DNA of 64,000 bases, from IMG/VR virus record IMGVR_UViG_3300031450_000090; one strand, given 5' to 3'. This DNA comes from a virus. Both the position numbers and the translations under genes were made by a program. The notes below the pieces were generated by a model. It ran no database searches. It saw nothing but the letters and a program-made list of their open reading frames with translations, and was not told where the DNA came from. This document shows, piece after piece, positions 8,321-16,548 of the stretch (its first letter is position 1; each line of letters begins with the position of its first letter).

Positions 8321-8572
8321 ATGAGCGCTATCGATCACCTCCTGAGGCTTTCCGACAGCTACCGCGGGGCCACGGGCATTGGTCAGTCCGCGCTGAGTTG
8401 GCGAATGTTCGGCGACACAAAGAAGTTGAGGGCGCTGCGGGAAGGGGCGGACATCCAGGTCAAGCGTCTCGAGAAAACCCTCCAATGGTTTTCCGACAAC
8501 TGGCCAGATGGTGCCGAATGGCCCGCTGACGTTCCCCGGCCGCCCCCCGCCACCTCGGAAGCTGCGGCATGA
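8321..8572 (+). CDS. cro: Cro-like small HTH regulator
   Basis: MSAIDHLLRLSDSY...ALSWRMFGDTKKLRALREGADIQVKRLEKTLQWFSDNWP; divergent from cI. Confidence 0.8.
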   Translation: MSAIDHLLRLSDSYRGATGIGQSALSWRMFGDTKKLRALREGADIQVKRLEKTLQWFSDNWPDGAEWPADVPRPPPATSEAAA

Positions 8573-8610
8573 CCCGTCGCAACTGGATCGAACGCGGGAG
8601 GCCCGCATGA
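8569..8610 (+). CDS. 13-aa translationally coupled micro-ORF (MTRRNWIERGRPA)
   Basis: ATGA overlap with the cro stop and with the next start. Confidence 0.35.
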   Translation: MTRRNWIERGRPA

Positions 8611-8804
8611 CGGGCCAGCTCGTGCAGCTCGTCGTCGCGTGGTGGCTGGTGCTGGCCATCGTCACCTGCCTGCTGGCCACGCCGGCGGCGCGTTTCGTGC
8701 GGGCGGCGGGCTGGGCGTTGATCCTGGTCGTCGCCGTTCTCGTGTTTCTGTGCAGCGCACCGCTGCTGTTCGCCGTGGCGCTCCTCGAGGGACGACGCGC
8801 GTGA
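8607..8804 (+). CDS. Small two-TM membrane protein
   Basis: GGGAGG RBS, ATG at 8607, two hydrophobic segments. Confidence 0.6.
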   Translation: MTGQLVQLVVAWWLVLAIVTCLLATPAARFVRAAGWALILVVAVLVFLCSAPLLFAVALLEGRRA

Positions 8805-8983
8805 GCGCCGGCCTCTCTCCCTTCCGAATCGCGCGGGCGGTGGCCCCCGTCCCGCGCGTGGGGCCGTCCGACGTTCGCCGCATCGCGTCGGACGGCCCTC
8901 GTTCTCCCACCGGTCGCGCCACCGCCAGCAAGCTGCGCGCGATCCGGCCGACCCGGCCGACCCTTGGTCGTGAAACGCCATGA
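8801..8983 (+). CDS. Small basic hypothetical protein
   Basis: GTGA and ATGA overlaps with neighbours. Confidence 0.4.
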   Translation: MSAGLSPFRIARAVAPVPRVGPSDVRRIASDGPRSPTGRATASKLRAIRPTRPTLGRETP

Positions 8984-9447
8984 GCCTCGTCGTCACCTTC
9001 CCCCGTGCTGCCACCGGCGCCCCCGGCTTCGACAACGAAGCATGGGGAACGACCCGAATGCGGGCAAAGAACTTCCGAAAACGGGCAATCACGGCCGACG
9101 ACGACATGACGGCGGCACGGCCCTACGTGGCGCGCCTCCTCAAATACGAGGAGATCCTCGCGGGCTCGCGCATGCGGGCCTACGAGCAGGTGGGCGAGGC
9201 CATCGACGAGGGCGCGTCCTGGGTGCGGCGGCTCCTCAGCGGCAGCGAGCGCGTCACTGTGCGCCGCTGCACCTGGCTCAACATCGCCGCGGCCTACACC
9301 ACGCTGTGCGAGCGGATCGAGGCGGCGGCGGAACATGAGCGGCGTCTCGAGGCACTGCTGAGGAGCGAGACCGATGCGGCTCTTGAGAGCAATTCGGGGC
9401 TGGTGGCGCGCCTGGCGCGGCCGCATCGCGACGGAGCGGCGTCGTGA
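8980..9447 (+). CDS. Hypothetical regulator with HTH-like segment, at the cII-like position
   Basis: RAYEQVGEAIDEGASWVRRLL followed by a coiled coil; position after cro. Confidence 0.6.
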   Translation: MSLVVTFPRAATGAPGFDNEAWGTTRMRAKNFRKRAITADDDMTAARPYVARLLKYEEILAGSRMRAYEQVGEAIDEGASWVRRLLSGSERVTVRRCTWLNIAAAYTTLCERIEAAAEHERRLEALLRSETDAALESNSGLVARLARPHRDGAAS

Positions 9448-9701
9448 GCGCCCGGCGGCACGGCCGCGCGACGGCCCTGGCGCCTGAGACCTGGCTGGGG
9501 GAGCTGTTGCTCGCCTTGTTGAGCCGCGCCCTCGAGTCCCTGTGTCGGCCGCTGCCGGTGTTCCGGGTCCTGCGACCAAGCCGGCGTCGGCGCGCGACCG
9601 TGGCGTCGTGCGACCCTGCCCACCGCCTGCGCGCCTGCCGCATCGCCTGGGGCGAGATCCGGGCGCGCTACCGCGCCAAGCACATGCCGGTGCCGGCATG
9701 A
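9444..9701 (+). CDS. Hypothetical protein
   Basis: GTGA and ATGA overlaps. Confidence 0.5.
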   Translation: MSARRHGRATALAPETWLGELLLALLSRALESLCRPLPVFRVLRPSRRRRATVASCDPAHRLRACRIAWGEIRARYRAKHMPVPA

Positions 9702-9895
9702 CGGACCTCTTTGTTCCGCCGCCCTCGCCGGCGGCTCCCACACTTCCGGCACCGCTTCGGCGGTTCGATCCACGCCACCACCGCTGCCACTGCGGCGCCT
9801 GGGGCGCCCGCTCGCCGAACCATTTCGCCGACAAGCCCGGGCAGTGGTTCTGCCGGGCGCATTATCCGGCCGAGCCGAACGAGGTGGGGCCGTGA
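9698..9895 (+). CDS. Small Cys/His zinc-finger-like protein
   Basis: CHCGAWG...WFCRAH; ATG at 9698 overlaps the upstream stop. Confidence 0.6.
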   Translation: MTDLFVPPPSPAAPTLPAPLRRFDPRHHRCHCGAWGARSPNHFADKPGQWFCRAHYPAEPNEVGP

Positions 9896-11055
9896 ACGCG
9901 CTCGCGATGCCGCTCCTCGCCTCGATGGCGGCACAGGGCGGCCTGCCCGCCTACGAGGCCATGCGCCACGCCGTGGCCCGCTGCGCCACCATCGACGAGG
10001 CGGCGGAGATCCGGGACAAGGCCGCGGCGCTGGCGGCTTACGCACGCCTGCGCGACGACGCCGAACTCGAGGTGTGGACGCAGGAGATCAAGCTCCGGGC
10101 CTGCAGGCGCATCGGCGAGCTGGTGCGCGAGCTGGACAGCTTCGAGCGCGCCCGGACCGATCTGCACGACAGCACTGTCGTGCAGAAGACGGCGGCAATC
10201 GCGGACGCGCGGCTCAACCTCAGGACCGCGCAGCGCTACCAGGAGCTCGCCGGCCCCCGCGGGGACACGCTGCAGGCAGCCGGCACGGCCGCGGCCGAGA
10301 GCTATTTCGCGGAGGCTCGCGCCGCGAGGATCCCGGCCACGCAGGCGGGCCTCAAGGCCGCCGTGACCACGGCCGTGCATGACGCCATGGGCCCGACCGA
10401 GATCCGCCGCGCCGCGAAGGATCTCGCGCGGGAGACCGCCGTCATCAAGGCGGCGCGGCGCGGCGAGCGGGAGGTGCGTCTCGGCGAGGCGACGCGCGCC
10501 GCCGGCGCCCGGCTCGGGTCGCGACTCTACGGCGTGCTCTACGCCGATCCGCCGTGGCAACGGGACGTCTACTCGCGCCAGACCGGGTTGGATCGGGCGG
10601 CCGAGAACCACTACCCGACCATGCCGACCGAGGAGATCTGCGCCCTCGCGGTGCCTGCCGCGCCGGACTGCGCGCTGTTCCTATGGGCCACGGCCTCGAT
10701 GCTGCTCGACGCGCTGCTGGTCATGGAGACCTGGGGCTTCGCCTACAAGACTCAGGTGATCTGGCGGAAGCCGCACATGGGCACGGGCTACTGGGTCCGC
10801 GACATGCACGAGATCCTGCTCATCGGCACGCGCGGCGACGTGCCAGCGCCGACGCCCGGCACCCAGTTCCCCTCGGTGATCGAGGCCCCGCGCGGCCGGC
10901 ACAGCGAGAAACCCGACGTCGTGGCCGAGATGATCGCCCGCATGTTCCCGACCGCACCGAAGGTCGAACTGTTCGCTCGGGCTCCGCGGCCCGGCTGGGA
11001 CGTGTGGGGCAACGAGGTCGACGATCTCGCGGCGGAGGGGAGTGAGGCGGCATGA
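9892..11055 (+). CDS. MT-A70-family N6-adenine methyltransferase with N-terminal helical extension
   Basis: YADPPW, HYPTM, ALFLWAT, WGFAYKTQVIWRK, HSEKPD, VELFAR, GWDVWGNE; GTG at 9892. Confidence 0.9.
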   Translation: MNALAMPLLASMAAQGGLPAYEAMRHAVARCATIDEAAEIRDKAAALAAYARLRDDAELEVWTQEIKLRACRRIGELVRELDSFERARTDLHDSTVVQKTAAIADARLNLRTAQRYQELAGPRGDTLQAAGTAAAESYFAEARAARIPATQAGLKAAVTTAVHDAMGPTEIRRAAKDLARETAVIKAARRGEREVRLGEATRAAGARLGSRLYGVLYADPPWQRDVYSRQTGLDRAAENHYPTMPTEEICALAVPAAPDCALFLWATASMLLDALLVMETWGFAYKTQVIWRKPHMGTGYWVRDMHEILLIGTRGDVPAPTPGTQFPSVIEAPRGRHSEKPDVVAEMIARMFPTAPKVELFARAPRPGWDVWGNEVDDLAAEGSEAA

Positions 11056-11384
11056 ACGGAACGACCGAGACAGCGGCGCCCGAGCGATGGGCGATCGTCG
11101 AGCTGATGGGGCACGTGACCTGCGTCGGCCGGGTCAGCACAGTCCAGCGCTACGGCACCGAGCTGCTGCAGCTCGACGTTCCGGCCGGCGACGGCTTCGT
11201 GAGCGAGGATATCGGCGGCTCGGCCATCTACCGGATCCGCTACGTCACCGAGGAGGTAGCGCGCGCGCAAGCCGTCCGCATGGCCGACCCGCGCCCGGTC
11301 GAGCCGGCCGGGTTCCGGCCCGTGGAGGCTCCTGCACCCACTCTCCTCCAGTACGACAGCGAGGACGACGGTGAGCAGATCTGA
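11052..11384 (+). CDS. Conserved phage hypothetical protein (beta-barrel-like)
   Basis: WAIVELMGH..VGRVS..YGTELLQLDVP; coupled starts. Confidence 0.7.
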   Translation: MNGTTETAAPERWAIVELMGHVTCVGRVSTVQRYGTELLQLDVPAGDGFVSEDIGGSAIYRIRYVTEEVARAQAVRMADPRPVEPAGFRPVEAPAPTLLQYDSEDDGEQI

Positions 11385-11679
11385 CCATGCCGACGAATCC
11401 TCGCTCGAGTCGCGCCTGTTCGTAACGCCGAACTCCGCGGCCTGGGCGGTGGTCGACCTCGAGGACGGCCGCGAGTTCGCCGGCCGCATCAGCGAGATCG
11501 TCATGCTCGGCACGACGATGCTGCGCATCGACGTCCCGCGCGACGGGCGGTCCCGCATCAGGATCTTCTCTCCTTCGGTCGCTTTGAGCCTGACGCTCTG
11601 TTCGGAGGCCGAGGCCCGCGCCGTGACGGCCTTGCAGCCCAAAGACATCATCGTCGGAGGCGACCATGAGCCGTTCTGA
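11371..11679 (+). CDS. Paralog of 11052..11384
   Basis: WAVVDLEDG..FAGRISE..LGTTMLRIDVP aligns with the upstream gene. Confidence 0.65.
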   Translation: MSRSDHADESSLESRLFVTPNSAAWAVVDLEDGREFAGRISEIVMLGTTMLRIDVPRDGRSRIRIFSPSVALSLTLCSEAEARAVTALQPKDIIVGGDHEPF

Positions 11680-12106
11680 GATCCCGGCCTCCGCCGCTGC
11701 CGATAACCCGGCTTCCCGGAAGCTATCCGCCCCGATCGAGGCGGCGCTCACCGAGCTGATCGGCGTCGCCCTGGAAGCGGTCGGGACGCACGATCCCCAC
11801 CTGGCGGACGCGCTCGCCGCCGTCCGCGCGGCGGTCGCGCGCGAGGTTCTTCCTGCTGAGATGACGCCCGAGATTGGCGAGGTCCTCGGCCTTATGAACT
11901 TCCGAACGGGCCCGCTCGCGCACCTGTTCCGTGCTGCCGGTGCCGACATCCCGACGAAGTGCGAGGCGGAGCAGGCCTTCGTGCTGTTCCGCTTCATGCA
12001 CCTCGCCCTGCAGCACGGTGCCGGATGGCGCGAGGCGTCCATCGTCGACGTTCAGGCAGCCCTCGCGATCGCGAAGACCAAGCTACCGGCCGAGCCGGCG
12101 TCATGA
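11666..12106 (+). CDS. Hypothetical protein carrying the D-N-x-x-S-R-K site near its N-terminus
   Basis: GGAGG RBS; contains the 28-bp element at 11696. Confidence 0.7.
   Translation: MSRSEIPASAAADNPASRKLSAPIEAALTELIGVALEAVGTHDPHLADALAAVRAAVAREVLPAEMTPEIGEVLGLMNFRTGPLAHLFRAAGADIPTKCEAEQAFVLFRFMHLALQHGAGWREASIVDVQAALAIAKTKLPAEPAS
11696..11723 (+). repeat. dif/lox-like 28-bp element, copy a
   Basis: GCTGCCGATAA-CCCGGC-TTCCCGGAAGC. Confidence 0.85.
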
Positions 12107-12915
12107 GCGCCCTGGCTCCCTCACCCGCGCCCCGCGCGCTGCGCGTGGACCCCGACCTGGTCGCGATTCTCGCCGCAGCGACGGTCGATGGGGACGCCCT
12201 CACGCTCGCGGAGACGCTCAGCTCCAACCTCTACCGGCGCGTCGACAACGTGCTCGTCGCCGCCGGCGGGCGCTGGGACCGCAAGAGGGCCGCGCATGTG
12301 TTCCCCAGCGGCGACGCGGCGGTCGCGATCGAGCCGATCCTGGTCGCCGGCACGCTGGTGTTGCCGCCCGACCTCGGCTGGTTCGCGACTCCCCCGGCGC
12401 TGGCGGCCGAGCTGGTGCGGCGCAGCGGCGCTCGCCCGGGTTCGCGCCTGCTCGAGCCGTCGGCCGGGGAGGGCGCCATCGTGCTGGCCGCCCTGGCGGC
12501 CGGTGCCCGGGTCGCGGCCATGGAACTCGACCTCCTCCGCTTCGCGAGCTTGTGCAAGCTGGCCGACGATCCTGCGCGGCTTCTCTGCCAGCAGGGCGAT
12601 TTCCTCGCGATGAACCTCCTGTCCAACTTCGAGCAGGTGGTCATGAACCCGCCGTTCGCGCCGCGGCGAACGGACGTCTTCCACGTTCGCCACGCCTTCG
12701 GTTCATTGTGCCCAGGCGGCCGCCTTGTGGCGGTGATGAGCGCCGGCACGTTGTTCCGCGCCGATCGGGAGACGGACGCCTTCCGCGACCTCGTCCACGG
12801 CCTCCGCGGCACGATCGAGCCGCTGCCGGACGACAGCTTTGCGGCCTCCGGCACGCATGTCCGGACCGTGGTGGTCACGGTCGACATGCCTCGAACAGCA
12901 GGGAGCATCCGATGA
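12103..12915 (+). CDS. Class I SAM-dependent N6-adenine DNA methyltransferase
   Basis: GWFATP, LEPSAGEG (motif I), VMNPPF (motif IV), GGRLVAVM. Confidence 0.85.
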   Translation: MSALAPSPAPRALRVDPDLVAILAAATVDGDALTLAETLSSNLYRRVDNVLVAAGGRWDRKRAAHVFPSGDAAVAIEPILVAGTLVLPPDLGWFATPPALAAELVRRSGARPGSRLLEPSAGEGAIVLAALAAGARVAAMELDLLRFASLCKLADDPARLLCQQGDFLAMNLLSNFEQVVMNPPFAPRRTDVFHVRHAFGSLCPGGRLVAVMSAGTLFRADRETDAFRDLVHGLRGTIEPLPDDSFAASGTHVRTVVVTVDMPRTAGSIR

Positions 12916-13169
12916 CTGAGCACCCAGGCCTGCCCGTCGCCGGCTATCGCCCGCAGAACGACGCCAAGGTCGCGACCGTCAACGTCAACAAAGAGCTTGA
13001 GGAACGCGTGCTCCGCCAGATCGACGCGATGGCGGCCGACATGGAAGCCGGCCACGATCCACGCATGATCGCCGTGGCGCGCACCGGCATCCAGGACGCC
13101 TTCATGTGGCTCAACAGGGCGGTGTTTCGGCCCGCCCGTGTCAGCTTGCCGGAGGACGCCGGGCGATGA
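12912..13169 (+). CDS. acb2: Acb2-like cyclic-oligonucleotide sponge (anti-CBASS family)
   Basis: 85 aa; GYR...N..KEL...D.R.+A+A+T.IQ..FMWLNRAV..P matches the remembered Acb2 pattern. Hidden as the tail of track ORF 11931..13169. Confidence 0.75.
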   Translation: MTEHPGLPVAGYRPQNDAKVATVNVNKELEERVLRQIDAMAADMEAGHDPRMIAVARTGIQDAFMWLNRAVFRPARVSLPEDAGR

Positions 13170-13516
13170 CCGGCAGCGCCCTCGTTTCAACCACGTTCAC
13201 CGTGCTCCGGGTCCTCGGTGGACCGAGGAAGCACACGATCGACCTGCCGCTCAACCCCGGGCTTGACGCGCTGCGCGCCGTGCTGAACCCGTTGCTCGAC
13301 GGCAAAAACTTCGAGCACGTCAGCGTGCTTAACGAGGGTCGGGCCGCCGACATGTTCGTCGACGAGACCGGTGCCTGTGACGGTCAGGTCCGCAACGACG
13401 CGGCGACCAAGATCTATCGGGCCGCGGAGCTGCGCCGCAACCCGAAGACCAACCCCGAGTCCCTTCCCGCCATCTACGGCACTGCGATCCTCGTCGACCG
13501 CCGGGTCTGGTCGTGA
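13166..13516 (+). CDS. DUF3846-like hypothetical protein
   Basis: MFVDETG...N..ATKIY...IYGTAIL pattern; ATG at 13166. Confidence 0.6.
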   Translation: MTGSALVSTTFTVLRVLGGPRKHTIDLPLNPGLDALRAVLNPLLDGKNFEHVSVLNEGRAADMFVDETGACDGQVRNDAATKIYRAAELRRNPKTNPESLPAIYGTAILVDRRVWS

Positions 13517-13749
13517 GGAGCGCCGCGATGCGCCAGCCCGAGCCGTGCCCCGAGTTCGACTGCACAAGCTGCGGCCGGACCATGATCGTGCTGGTCGGCG
13601 AAACGCCGAACCAGCCGCGCTGCCACCGCTGCCGCATGCTGCCCGGCTGGCACAAGAGGCCCGAGGTCGTCGCGCTGTGTAACCTCAACGGGCAGCTGCT
13701 CGCGCCGGTCGCCGCGGGCGCCGCTGAGAACGGGAGGACGCTGCAGTGA
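13513..13749 (+). CDS. Small zinc-finger protein
   Basis: CTSC...CHRC; GTGA overlaps. Confidence 0.6.
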   Translation: MRSAAMRQPEPCPEFDCTSCGRTMIVLVGETPNQPRCHRCRMLPGWHKRPEVVALCNLNGQLLAPVAAGAAENGRTLQ

Positions 13750-14411
13750 GCACATCCGATAAACTCCCTTCCCGGAAGCTTACGACCAACCAATCGCCAG
13801 GGCTGCTTTTCCTGGTCGCCGCCAAGGCGGCAATGCCGCGGACGCTGGGCAAGGCCGTGCGTGTCGCGGCCATGAACGACGTCCTGCGCCTCGCGATCGG
13901 GTGCCGCATGGTCTTCGGCCGCGGCGAGGGCGCTGGGCTGAGGCAGCTCGACTTGCAAACGTGTGCAGGGGTTTTCCGCACTCTCGATGAGCACTGGTAT
14001 ACCCAGGCCTGCCGCGTCGGCGGCACCTACGCGGCCATGTGGGAAGCCCACCACGGGTGCAAACCGTGGATCGCCCCGGACGTCATCGTCGGCCGCGACT
14101 CGCGTGACCAGGCTCGGGACAGTCGGGTGGCGCCCAACATGGCGCTGCTGCTGCCCAGCAGCGGCGACGACGATCCGGACCTGCCGCGTCACGGCAGCGC
14201 GTCCGAGGTCTGGTGGTGCACGTCGCTCGATCGCACCGCCGATACGATCACGCTGTGCCGGTACCGGCTCCTGCCCGACAAGCGCTGGCCGACGATCCGC
14301 GAGGGTCAGCCTCGGCGAAGATGCGTGCTCGATCGCTCGGCATGGGCCGAACTCTTCCGCAAGACCTCCACCAAACCCGCCGCAGCGGCCGAGTCGGGAA
14401 TCGCAGCATGA
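13746..14411 (+). CDS. Hypothetical protein starting MSTSDKLPSRK
   Basis: Coupled start; contains the 28-bp element at codons 3-12. Confidence 0.7.
   Translation: MSTSDKLPSRKLTTNQSPGLLFLVAAKAAMPRTLGKAVRVAAMNDVLRLAIGCRMVFGRGEGAGLRQLDLQTCAGVFRTLDEHWYTQACRVGGTYAAMWEAHHGCKPWIAPDVIVGRDSRDQARDSRVAPNMALLLPSSGDDDPDLPRHGSASEVWWCTSLDRTADTITLCRYRLLPDKRWPTIREGQPRRRCVLDRSAWAELFRKTSTKPAAAAESGIAA
13752..13779 (+). repeat. dif/lox-like element, copy b
   Basis: ACATCCGATAA-ACTCCC-TTCCCGGAAGC. Confidence 0.85.
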
Positions 14412-14812
14412 GCCATCAACCGAGCCACCCCGTCACGCCCGGTGGGCTCTCCGAGCAGGATCGCGATCGCGTCCATGCGCTCGCCGACAAGGGCTGGGGC
14501 TCGAGCCGGATCGCGCGCGCGATCTCGAAGCATCCGTCGACCGTCTACTGGTTCATGTGCTGTGATGGTCTGATTGCCGTGAGGCAGGTCGACCTCCCGA
14601 AAGTGTACGCCCGGGGCGGGCGCGTCGTCCGGCGGTTCGGCCGCGAGGAGGACGCCTTCATCGTCGCGCTCCGGCTGCAGGGCTATTCGGCGAGGGCGAT
14701 CGCTGAGCTCGCGTCCAAGCGCTTCGGCTACACGCGCCAACCGCACAGCGTGACGGTTCGGCTGGTGATGCTGGCTGCCCTCGACGACAACGGCCTGCAG
14801 GAGGCCGCATGA
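14408..14812 (+). CDS. Tandem-HTH DNA-binding protein
   Basis: KGWGSSRIARAISKHPSTVYW and QGYSARAIAELAS..HSVTVRL. Confidence 0.7.
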   Translation: MSHQPSHPVTPGGLSEQDRDRVHALADKGWGSSRIARAISKHPSTVYWFMCCDGLIAVRQVDLPKVYARGGRVVRRFGREEDAFIVALRLQGYSARAIAELASKRFGYTRQPHSVTVRLVMLAALDDNGLQEAA

Positions 14813-15414
14813 CTACCGATAAGCTTGCTTCCCGGAACCAACGCGTCCTCGGTACCGAGCTCGAAGGTTACTTCGACACGCGCGCGCATAAGGACGACAT
14901 CGCGGGGCCGTTCAACTTCCCGGCGCCCAAGTGGGAGACGACGTGGGCGGACAGAGAGCCCGCACGCGACTGTCTGATGCGGTGCACCCACTGCGGCTCC
15001 GTGCACCCGCGAGACCTCCTCGCAGCCGTCGAGGCCGGCGCACGCCTTCGGGTCGCCGACATGAAATACGGCTGGCCGCATAAGTTCTATGTCAGCGGCG
15101 TGCCGAACGACCTGGCCGGCCAGCAAGTCATTGTCGGGGGTATCTCCGGCCCGACGACGGACAGGGCTGGGAGGCTTTGCCGCGACGACCTCACGCCCGA
15201 GGAAATCGCGAAGGGTCACTACAGCCGAGACACCTACGGCAAGGCTCCACCCGACGCTGTTGTGAAGTTCTACTCCGAACATCTCGCGGATGCAGACATG
15301 CAAACACCGGGGGGCGAGATGACTCAACTCGCCCGTCTAATGGCGGAAGCTTCGGGCTACGTCTTCGAAGTTCGTGAAGATTACCGGGTCTATTACAGGC
15401 GGGTGCACACATGA
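14809..15414 (+). CDS. Hypothetical phage protein starting MTTDKLASRN (CxHCGS motif)
   Basis: ATGA-coupled; contains element copy c. Confidence 0.7.
   Translation: MTTDKLASRNQRVLGTELEGYFDTRAHKDDIAGPFNFPAPKWETTWADREPARDCLMRCTHCGSVHPRDLLAAVEAGARLRVADMKYGWPHKFYVSGVPNDLAGQQVIVGGISGPTTDRAGRLCRDDLTPEEIAKGHYSRDTYGKAPPDAVVKFYSEHLADADMQTPGGEMTQLARLMAEASGYVFEVREDYRVYYRRVHT
14812..14839 (+). repeat. dif/lox-like element, copy c
   Basis: ACTACCGATAA-GCTTGC-TTCCCGGAACC. Confidence 0.85.
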
Positions 15415-16010
15415 CCGCTTCCGATAAGAGTTCTTCCCGGAAGCAATCCGTCAACGAGCCGGCGATCGTCGTCGACCTCGGACATGGTCGTTGGACAATC
15501 GACCGCGGGTCCCATGAGGGACATGAGGCGCTCTTCTTCGAGCCGGCACCGGCGCCTGGCCCCTCCATGCAGCCGGCGCCCCACTTCGCTCCGCTCGACA
15601 TGATGCAGCCGGGGACGGTCTGCATCCGCTTCGACAGGCCGGAGGCCATGACCTTCCTGCGGTGGTGGCTGGCCTACGTGCAGGATCCTGAGAACACCCC
15701 TGCCAGCCCGGGGGACTTCCGGCCCATCCAGCAGTCAGCAGAGATCGGAACGCCCGCCGCTCGGTGGCGCGCCGAGGGCCGGCCCGACCCGCACGGCGAT
15801 CGCTACGAATGCGACCGCACCAAGCTCTGCATGGGTTACCTCACGGACGATGAACTCGCGAACGCCGTGTTCGTGCACAACCACAGCAACTTCGATCTTA
15901 GCGCCATCGTGATGTCCATCGCCCTCCTGACGGCCGCGAAGGATCGCATACGCTGGTTCTCGCGCCAGCTGGAGGCGGCCAAGTGCGCCGCCGTGGCGGA
16001 GGCAGACTGA
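15411..16010 (+). CDS. Hypothetical phage protein starting MTASDKSSSRK, probably two domains
   Basis: C-terminal WRAEGRPDPHG..Y.C.R..L.MG.LTDDELANAVF motif recalled from phage hypotheticals; contains element copy d. Confidence 0.7.
   Translation: MTASDKSSSRKQSVNEPAIVVDLGHGRWTIDRGSHEGHEALFFEPAPAPGPSMQPAPHFAPLDMMQPGTVCIRFDRPEAMTFLRWWLAYVQDPENTPASPGDFRPIQQSAEIGTPAARWRAEGRPDPHGDRYECDRTKLCMGYLTDDELANAVFVHNHSNFDLSAIVMSIALLTAAKDRIRWFSRQLEAAKCAAVAEAD
15417..15444 (+). repeat. dif/lox-like element, copy d
   Basis: GCTTCCGATAA-GAGTTC-TTCCCGGAAGC. Confidence 0.9.
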
Positions 16011-16312
16011 TGCCGAGGATCACGATCAGCTTCGAGTTAAGCGCGACCAGCGCTCTCGTGCTCACAGAGAGTGAGATGCGCGCCCTCGACGCTCTCACCG
16101 GCTATGGCGACGACGCTTTTCTGGAAGCTTTCAAGGAAAAGCTAGGCGCAGCCTACATCCGCGGCCACGAAGGCGGCCTCCGATCGTTTTTTGAAGCCGT
16201 CAGGCGAGACGTCCTGCCGGCTCTGCGCCTGGTCGACCAGGCCCGTCGCGACCTTCAGGAAGCTGACCGCCTTCGGCTCGAAGCTCGCCACCAGAAGGGA
16301 GCTGCAGCATGA
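16010..16312 (+). CDS. Hypothetical protein
   Basis: ATG at 16010 in a TGATG overlap. Confidence 0.65.
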   Translation: MPRITISFELSATSALVLTESEMRALDALTGYGDDAFLEAFKEKLGAAYIRGHEGGLRSFFEAVRRDVLPALRLVDQARRDLQEADRLRLEARHQKGAAA

Positions 16313-16548
16313 TCGCTTCCGATAAGTCCCCTTCCCGGAAGGAGCCCGAGTCCGAAGTGCTCGTCCAACTGCGCGCCGCCCGAGAGTGGCTGCAGGTCCT
16401 TATCGACGCGGGCAACATCGATCCCGAGGAAACCGTCTTCGCGGTCTCGGTCCGATCGGCCAAGGGCGAGGAGGAAAGGGCCACGGCCACCCTGGCGCAC
16501 TGTCTTGCGCAGATCGACGCCGCGATAGTGGGGGCTGCCCATGGCTGA
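16309..16548 (+). CDS. Hypothetical protein starting MIASDKSPSRK
   Basis: ATGA-coupled; contains element copy e. Confidence 0.65.
   Translation: MIASDKSPSRKEPESEVLVQLRAAREWLQVLIDAGNIDPEETVFAVSVRSAKGEEERATATLAHCLAQIDAAIVGAAHG
16315..16342 (+). repeat. dif/lox-like element, copy e
   Basis: GCTTCCGATAA-GTCCCC-TTCCCGGAAGG. Confidence 0.9.
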
